Source of the DNA: Eledone cirrhosa
Taxonomy: Eukaryota
DNA: 64,000 nucleotides
Assembly: GCA_964016885.1 (NCBI GenBank)
Contig: OZ024740.1
Coordinates: 173,476,001 to 173,540,000, forward strand
Reading direction: 5' to 3'
Shown: positions 54,306 to 64,000 of the stretch, one piece after another
Layout: the number at the start of each line of letters is the position of its first letter
Position numbering within the stretch: position 1 is the first letter of the stretch
The notes under the pieces: generated by a model
The model's database searches: none
What the model was told of the DNA's origin: nothing
What the model saw: the letters and a program-made list of their open reading frames with translations, nothing else
Translations under genes and position numbers: made by a program

Positions 54306-57013
54306 CATCATCATCATCACCATCAACGTTTAACGTCCGTGTTCCAAGCTTGCATGGGTTTGGACGGGGGTTTTCCCACTTGAGGCAAGAGTGGTTGTCT
54401 TGCTCGCATAGGACTGTCTGGCGGGTTTTCTACAGTTGGATGCCCTTCCTAACACCAACCACATTTACAGTGTGGGGCTGGGAGGTTTTTACCGTGTTGC
54501 CTACACGGCCACATTACAGCGTGGACTGTCTGGCGGGTTTTCTACAGCTGGATGCCCTTCCTAACACCAACCACATTTACAGTGTGGGGGCTGGGAGGTT
54601 TTTACCGTGTTGCTTACACGGCCACATTTACAGCGTGGACTGTGTGTTTTTTGTCGTGACACCTACACGATCTCATTTGTTTCGGCCTGGATGTTGTGGG
54701 ACCAACATAACTTTACATTGAAAGGGGCGGTGTGGGTGGGGTGGAGGTGGTGGGACGGGGGTGTGTTTTGATAGAGATGCCTACTGACTGTAGTAGGTTT
54801 TTACTTTGTATTTAGGTAAGGCGGGTCTTCTCTATTACTGAGTACCGCCAAAGGTCTCGGTCCAGTGACATTGTCTTGGAGAGGTGTAAGCGTGTGAGGT
54901 CGGAATTTATCAGCTCGTCCCATGTTTTTCTGGGTCTGCCTACTCCGTGGCTACCGTCTTTATTGCCCTGCACTTTGTTATACAGCTATCGTCTTTCATG
55001 CGCATCACGTGACCATACCAACGTAGCCTTCTCTCGAGTAAACAACATCTGATCCCTCTTATTTCTAATATTTTCTTTAGTTCGTTTATGCTTTGCCGTT
55101 CACGTATATTAATATTGCACATCCAGCGGAGCATGCAAGCTTCGTTCCTCTCTAGTCTGCGTATATCCTCTGCACACAATGCCCAGGTCTCACTGCCATG
55201 CAGCATTGCTGTTCGTATGCAGGCATCGTATAACCTGCCTTTCATTTTTAGGGAGAACCCTCTAGCGGCTAATAGTGGTATAAGCTCTCTGAACTTTTTC
55301 CATCCAGTTCTGACTCTAGCTACTGTACTTTCAGAGCACCCTCCCCCACTGCTGATTTTGTCACCCAGATAACGGAAGCTGTCCACTATTTCTATAGAAC
55401 CCTCTGCGCAGTTGAATGAGCTAGTATTTTGTGGGCACTTGCTGCTACTTATTGCACCAGAGCACCGGCCACATGTAAAATCTATGTTCTTAGTTAGCCT
55501 ACCTGTGATCCCACTACATCTTTTATGCACCCATACTTTGCATTTGGGACATAAAATGGAGTTTCTACCTACGCCTTTCCTACACACTGAGCATGGCCAT
55601 ATTCCATGATGGGACCGCCGCCTTATTTTCTTTCCTACAAACTAGAACTTTAGTCTTAGCCAGGTTAATTTTAAGGCCTTTTGATTCTAGGCCGTGCTTC
55701 CATGTTTGGAATTTCTTCTCTAGTTCGGTCATTGATTCAGCTATGAGCGTTAGATCATCTGCGTATAGGAGTTCCCATGGGCAGCCGGTCTTGAACTCCT
55801 CTGTTATAGCCTGAAGGGCAATAATAAATAGTAGGGGGCTAAGAACAAAGCCCTGATGGACACCAACTTTTACGCTAAACTCTTCACTATATTCGTTGTT
55901 AATTCTAACCTTACTGACTGTTTCTTTATACATGGCTTGTATAGCTCTCACAAGCCATTCGTCAACACCTAGTTTTCTAAGAGACCACCAGATAATGGAA
56001 CGGGGGACTCTGTCGAAGGCTTTCTCCAAGTCGACAAAAGCTAAGTATAGGGGTTTACTTTTAGCTAGGTACTTCTCCTGTAGTTGTCGTACAATGAAAA
56101 GAGCGTCTGTGGTACTTTTGCCTGACACAAACCCGAACTGCATTTCATCTAGATCAATTCTCTCTCTGATTAGTTGCGCTATTACTTTTTCCGTGACCTT
56201 CGTGACCTGGTCGATTAATTTAATGCCTCTATAGTTACTCCTATCTAGGGCATCTCCTTTTCCCTTATAGCAGTTAACGATGATGCTGCTACGCCAGTCC
56301 TTCGGAACAACCCCATTCTGTACGACTTGGTTAACTATCCGGGTGACCATGGTGTGTCCCACCGAACCAGATGCCTTCAGCATCTCAGTAACTATTTCCG
56401 AAGGCCCAGCCGCCTTACCCGTCTTCATATCTTTGATTGCCTTACTTATTATACTACCTTCAACTAACACTGCTGGTCCCTCTATTGGATCGATCTGGGG
56501 GAGACTGTCTTTCTCCCATTTGTTCTCCTCATTTAGAAGCCTTTCGTAGCGGCACTTCCAAGCTACCTTCTTATCAGCGTCGGTGATGGCAAGTATGCCA
56601 TCATCGTTAAGTACACACTTCTCCCCGACAATATCACGGTTTTCCTTGACACATTGCCTGGCAATCCTGAACACCTCACGTTTTTGGTCCTCACGTTGTA
56701 GAACATGCTTGAACTTTCTTTCCTCTGCTTCCCTTCTTGCGAAGTCCACTTGTCTCCTAGCTTCCCTCCTGGCCACTTGATAGTCTTCTCTACTTCCCCC
56801 ATCCCGCCATACTTTCCAAGTCTGCTTTTTGGCCTTAATTGACTCCTCCACCTTACTGTTCCACCACCATGTTACTCTCCTCCTACCTACAGGCCTGCTC
56901 CAGCCACAGACTTCGTCTGCCTCCGTCAGCAGGTTTGCTCTCAGGAATTCCCACTGTTCCTCTATATTATACGACTCTAATTGCTCTTCCTTACTGTCGA
57001 AAGCGTCAAGTAT
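54306..57013 (-). mobile_element. RTE family A copy 2, 5'-truncated and frameshifted
   Basis: Highly similar to copy 1; frame breaks near 55590 and 54960; about 112-bp tandem duplication in the 3' UTR (54411-54636). Confidence 0.96.
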
Positions 57014-57068
57014 GGGTTCGGTACATATATATATATATATATATATAATGTGTGTATATATATATATA

Positions 57069-57671
<603 letters not shown>

Positions 57672-57673
57672 GA

Positions 57674-57716
<43 letters not shown>

Positions 57717-57743
57717 GTGTATATATATATATATATATATATA

Positions 57744-57809
<66 letters not shown>

Positions 57810-57838
57810 ATGTGTATATATATATATATATATATATA

Positions 57839-57875
<37 letters not shown>

Positions 57876-57898
57876 GTGTATATATATATATATATATA

Positions 57899-58092
57899 AC
57901 GAAGGAAATGTGGTAAGGAACCAGGTGGACCATAACGCACCAAAGTACTCAATACTTGAGGTAGTAGAGTGGGTAATAGGAACCAGTAAGACCCCGACAG
58001 CTGAGCTCAAGCCGTTTCGACGGCTAATTCTGGACGGGAATTAGCCGTCGAAACGGCTTGAGCTCAGCTGTCGGGGTCTTACTGGTTCCTAT
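57899..58092. mobile_element. Small element ending in a perfect inverted repeat (55-bp arms, 7-nt loop) with the 3' part of a hammerhead
   Basis: 57976-58030 is the exact reverse complement of 58038-58092. Confidence 0.75.
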
Positions 58093-58107
58093 ATATATAT
58101 ATATATA

Positions 58108-58173
<66 letters not shown>

Positions 58174-58202
58174 ATGTGTATATATATATATATATATATA
58201 TA

Positions 58203-58327
<125 letters not shown>

Positions 58328-58402
58328 GTGTATATATATATATATATATATAATGTGTATATATATATATATATATAATGTGTATATATATATATATATA
58401 TA

Positions 58403-58768
<366 letters not shown>

Positions 58769-58795
58769 ATGTGTATATATATATATATATATATA

Positions 58796-58828
<33 letters not shown>

Positions 58829-59064
58829 GTGTATATATATATATATATATATAATGTGTATATATATATATATATATATAATGTGTATATATATATATAT
58901 ATATATAATGTGTATATATATATATATATATATATAATGTGTATATATATATATATATATATAATGTGTATATATATATATATATATATAATGTGTATAT
59001 ATATATATATATATATAATGTGTATATATATATATATATATATAATGTGTATATATATATATAA

Positions 59065-61894
59065 CGTGACAATCACCTGATTACCTATAGATCCGGGGAA
59101 CACACAAGCCAGGTAGATTATATCCTTACCAGAAGACGTGACAGAGTGTCTGTTGTAAACACTAAATCCCTCCCCCATGAAGAATGCACCTCCCAACATA
59201 GACTGATAATTAGCGACCTCATAGTCAGGACGAGACGCACCCGACAGCAGAAGAGGACTATCCTCAGGAGGAAAATATGGAAACTAAAAGACCCCACAGC
59301 CAGAAATAAATTTCAAAGCATATTACTTGATGCTTTCGACAGTAAGGAAGAGCATCTAGAATCGGACAATATAGAGGGACAGTGGAAATTTCTGAAAGCT
59401 AACCTGCTGTTGGCGACAGACGAAGTCTGTGGCTGGAGCAGGCCTGTAGGCAGGAGGAGAGTAACATGGTGGTGGAACAGTAAGGTGGAGGGGTCAATTA
59501 AGGCCAAAAAGCAGGCTTGGAAAGTATGGCGGGATGGGGGAAGTAGAGTAGACTATCAAGTGGCCAGGAGGGAAGCTAGGAGAGAAGTGTACTTAGCAAG
59601 AAGGGAAGCTGAGGAAAGAAAGTTCAAGCATGTTCTACAACGCGATGACCAAAAACGTGAGGTGTTCAGGATTGCCAGGCAATGCGTCAAGGAAAACCGT
59701 GATATTGTCGGGGAGAAGTGTGTACTTAACGATGATGGCATACTTGCCATCACCGACACTGATAAGAAGGTAGCTTGGAAGTGTCACTATGAAAGGCTAC
59801 TAAATGAGGAGAATAAATGGGAGAAAGACAGTCTCCCCCATATCGACCCGATAGAGGGACCAGCAGTGTTAGTCGAGGGGAGTATAATAAGTAAGGCAAT
59901 CAAGGATATGAAGACTGGTAAGGCGGCTGGGCCTTCGGAAATAGTTGCTGAGATGCTGAAGGCATCTGGCACGGTGGGACACACCATGGTCACCCGCATA
60001 GTTAACCAAGTCGTACAGAATGGGGTTGTTCCGAAGGACTGGCATAGCAGCATCATCGTTAACTGTTATAAGGGTAAAGGAGACGCCCTAGATAGGAGTA
60101 ACTATAGAGGCATTAAATTAATCGACCAGGTCATGAAGGTCACGGAAAAAGTAATAGCGCAACTAATCAGAGAGAGAATTGATCTAGATGAAATGCAGTT
60201 CGGGTTTGTGTCAGGCAAAAGCACCACAGACGCTCTTTTCATAGTACGACAACTACAGGAGAAGTACCTAGCTAAAGGTAAACCCCTCTACTTAGCTTTT
60301 GTCGACCTGGAGAAAGCCTTCGACAGAGTCCCCCGCTCCATTATCTGGTGGGCTCTTAGAAAACTAGGCGTTGACGAATGGCTTGTGAGGGCTATACAAG
60401 CCATGTATAAAGAAACAGTCAGCAAGGTTAGAATTAACAACGAATATAGTGAAGAGTTTAGCGTAAAAGTTGGCGTCCATCAGGGCTCTGTTCTCAGCCC
60501 CCTACTATTTATTATTGCCCTTCAGGCTATAACAGAGGAGTTCAAGACAGGCTGCCCATGGGAACTCCTATACGCAGACGACCTGACACTCATAGCGGAA
60601 TCAATGGCTGAGCTAGAGAAGAAATTCCAAACATGGAAGCACGGCCTAGAGTCAAAAGGACTTAAAATTAACCTGGCTAAGACCAAAGTTCTAGTTTGTA
60701 GGAAAGAAAACAAGGCGGCGGTCCCTTCTGGGAAATGGTCGTGCTCGGTATGTAGGAAAGGCGTAGGTAGAAACTCCATCTTATGTCCTAAATGCAAAGT
60801 ATGGGTGCATAAAAGATGTAGTGGGATCACAGGTAAGCTAACTAAGAACATAGACTTTACATGTGGCCGGTGTTCTGGTGCAATAAGTAGCAGCAAGTAC
60901 CCACAAAATACTAGCTCTTTCAATTGCGCAGAGGGTTTTATAGAAATAGTGGACAGCTTCCGTTACCTGGGCGATAAAATCAGCAGTGGGGGAGGGTGCT
61001 CTGAAAGTACTGTAGCTAGAGTCAGAACTGGTTGGAAAAAGTTCAGAGAGCTTATACCACTATTAGCTGCTAAAGGGTTCTCCCTAAAAATGAAAGGCAG
61101 GTTGTATGATGCCTGCATACGAACAGCAATGTTGCATGGTAGTGAGACCTGGGCATTGTGTGCAGAGGATATACGCAGACTAGAGAGGAACGAAGCTTGC
61201 ATGCTCCGCTGGATGTGTAACAGTAATATACGTGAACGGCAAAGCATAAACGAACTAAGGAAAAAATTAGAGATAAGAGGGATCAGATGTTGTTTACTCG
61301 AGAGAAGGCTGCGTTGGTATGGACACGTGATGCGCATGAAAGTCGATAGCTGTATTACAAAGTGCAGGGCAATAAAGATAGACGGTAGCCACGGAATAGG
61401 CAGACCTAGAAAAACATGGGATGAGCTGATAAACTCCGACCTCACACACTTACACCTCTCCAAGACAATGTCACTGGACCGTGACCTTTGGCGGTACTCA
61501 GTAACAGAGAAGACCCGCCTTGCCAGTAGGCATCTCTAACAAAATACACCCCTCCCGCCGCCACCCCCACCCCATCCACACCACCCCGTTCTATGTAAAG
61601 TTATGTTGGTGCCGCGCCATCCAGGCCGAAACAAATGAGATCGTGTAGGTGTCACGACAAAAAAACACACAGTCCACGCTGTAATGTGGCCGTGTAGGCA
61701 ACACGGTAAAAACCTCCCAGACCCACACTGTAAATGTGGTTGGTGTTAGGAAGGGCATCCAACTGTAGAAAACCTGCCAGACAGTCCTATGCGAGCAAGA
61801 CAATCACTCTTGCCTCAAGTGGGACTACCCCCGTCCAAACCCATGCAAGCGTGGAACACGGACGTTAAACGTTGATGATGATGATGATGATGAT
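59065..61894 (+). mobile_element. RTE family A copy 3, truncated within APE; frame open 59065-61539
   Basis: Near-identical to copy 1; a 28-bp deletion removes the stop and adds ASRHL; full 3' UTR and (TGA)7 tail. Confidence 0.97.
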
Positions 61895-62088
61895 ATATAT
61901 ATATAATGTGTATATATATATATATATATATAATGTGTATATATATATATATATATAATGTGTATATATATATATATATATATAATGTGTATATATATAT
62001 ATATATAATGTGTATATATATATATATATATAATGTGTATATATATATATATATATATAATGTGTATATATATATATATATATATATA

Positions 62089-62119
<31 letters not shown>

Positions 62120-62219
62120 ATGTGTATATATATATATATATATATAATGTGTATATATATATATATATAATGTGTATATATATATATATAATGTGTATAT
62201 ATATATATATATATATATA

Positions 62220-62250
<31 letters not shown>

Positions 62251-62310
62251 ATGTGTATATATATATATATATATATAATGTGTATATATATATATATATA
62301 TACATATATA

Positions 62311-62351
<41 letters not shown>

Positions 62352-62455
62352 GTGTATATATATATATATATACATATATAATGTGTATATATATATATAT
62401 ATATACATATATAATGTGTATATATATATATATATATACATATATAATGTGTATA

Positions 62456-62487
<32 letters not shown>

Positions 62488-62500
62488 ATATATATATATA

Positions 62501-62540
<40 letters not shown>

Positions 62541-62546
62541 TATATA

Positions 62547-62618
<72 letters not shown>
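61895..62618. repeat. [(TA)n ATGTG] array
   Basis: Same unit and orientation as 57023-59064. Confidence 0.97.
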
Positions 62619-62619
62619 C

Positions 62620-62755
62620 AAAACCTGTCAAAGGGCAAAGGAGCTCTTAAGAGTCAATGGCCATCCAAAATCACCGGGAGAGATGACCCATTAGCCTTTG
62701 TCAAGGCAGAATTCTAGGAGAAGGAAAACTCTGATATAACACCTGCAACCCTGAT
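62620..62755 (+). mobile_element. RTE 5' UTR-like fragment
   Basis: CTAGGAGAAGGAAAACTCTGA motif, which I recall from RTE-clade 5' UTRs. Confidence 0.45.
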
Positions 62756-62769
62756 GGTATCCAATGATG

Positions 62770-63081
62770 TTGACTTGTTTTACTTTTTGGTAAATATCAT
62801 CTTGGTTAAGAGAGTGGGACTGGCTCTGTGCAATGCCTTTGCTCACTATAAAAGCTTCATGGCACAGGCATTGCTTTATATCTGGAGATCTCTCTGCACT
62901 TGTCACATGGTACCATGGGCCCAGCACTATGTGTCAATAATTGTCACAAGTGTAGTGTTTGTACCAGAGTTTTCAAGTCGCTGGATGGACTCAAAAGTCA
63001 CACTCGTTCAGCGCATCGGTAGGGGTTCTCCTACATGGATATAAAGTAGTGGCCGTACTCGAAAACGAGTTGGCAGCCACC
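62770..63081 (-). mobile_element. Decayed RTE APE fragment
   Basis: VAANSF..LYPC..NECDF*VH resembles IANTFF..YTW..NQIDYILV. Confidence 0.45.
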
Positions 63082-63093
63082 ATATATATATAT

Positions 63094-63184
<91 letters not shown>

Positions 63185-63185
63185 T

Positions 63186-63232
<47 letters not shown>

Positions 63233-63233
63233 T

Positions 63234-63265
<32 letters not shown>

Positions 63266-63287
63266 AATATATATATGTATATATAAT

Positions 63288-63318
<31 letters not shown>

Positions 63319-63337
63319 AATATATATATGTATATAT

Positions 63338-63392
<55 letters not shown>

Positions 63393-63411
63393 AATATATA
63401 TATGTATATAT

Positions 63412-63465
<54 letters not shown>

Positions 63466-63480
63466 TATATATGTATATAT

Positions 63481-63512
<32 letters not shown>

Positions 63513-63553
63513 ATATATATAATGTATATATAATATTATATATATAAATATAT

Positions 63554-63585
<32 letters not shown>

Positions 63586-63605
63586 ATAAATATATATAAA
63601 TATAT

Positions 63606-63637
<32 letters not shown>

Positions 63638-63675
63638 ATAAATATATATATATATATAATATATATATATATAAT

Positions 63676-63722
<47 letters not shown>

Positions 63723-63782
63723 TATATATATAATATATATATATATATAATATATATATAATATATAATATATATATATATT

Positions 63783-63826
<44 letters not shown>

Positions 63827-63849
63827 TATATAATATATATATATATAAT

Positions 63850-63923
<74 letters not shown>

Positions 63924-64000
63924 ATATATATATATATATAATATATATATATAATATATAAATATATATATAATATATATATATATATAATATATATATA
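63082..64000. repeat. (TA)n array with A interruptions, running off the window
   Basis: Direct reading. Confidence 0.97.

Overview
AT-rich eukaryotic (animal) genomic DNA dominated by repeats. The repeat complement (RTE LINEs with (TGA)n tails, tRNA-derived SINEs, very long TA-based microsatellites) suggests a cephalopod such as Octopus; this is inference. One host coding exon is recognisable: a minus-strand arfaptin-like (ARFIP) first coding exon at 3784-4021. Bases 1-42 kb are CpG-poor and carry decayed LINEs, SINEs, MITEs, a Helitron, a probable solo LTR and hammerhead-ribozyme-like inverted repeats. Bases 43-64 kb are a cluster of young RTE-clade LINEs sitting in long compound (TA)n arrays, one with an uninterrupted 1056-aa APE-RT ORF. 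Two RTE families carry a C4HC3 PHD finger inserted inside the RT domain, and a third ends in three C2H2 fingers. A perfect 55-bp-arm palindrome at 57976-58092 is built from a truncated hammerhead-like sequence. Most listed ORFs are artefacts of microsatellites or antisense frames. Boundaries of old repeats are approximate and family names are from recognition, not database searches.
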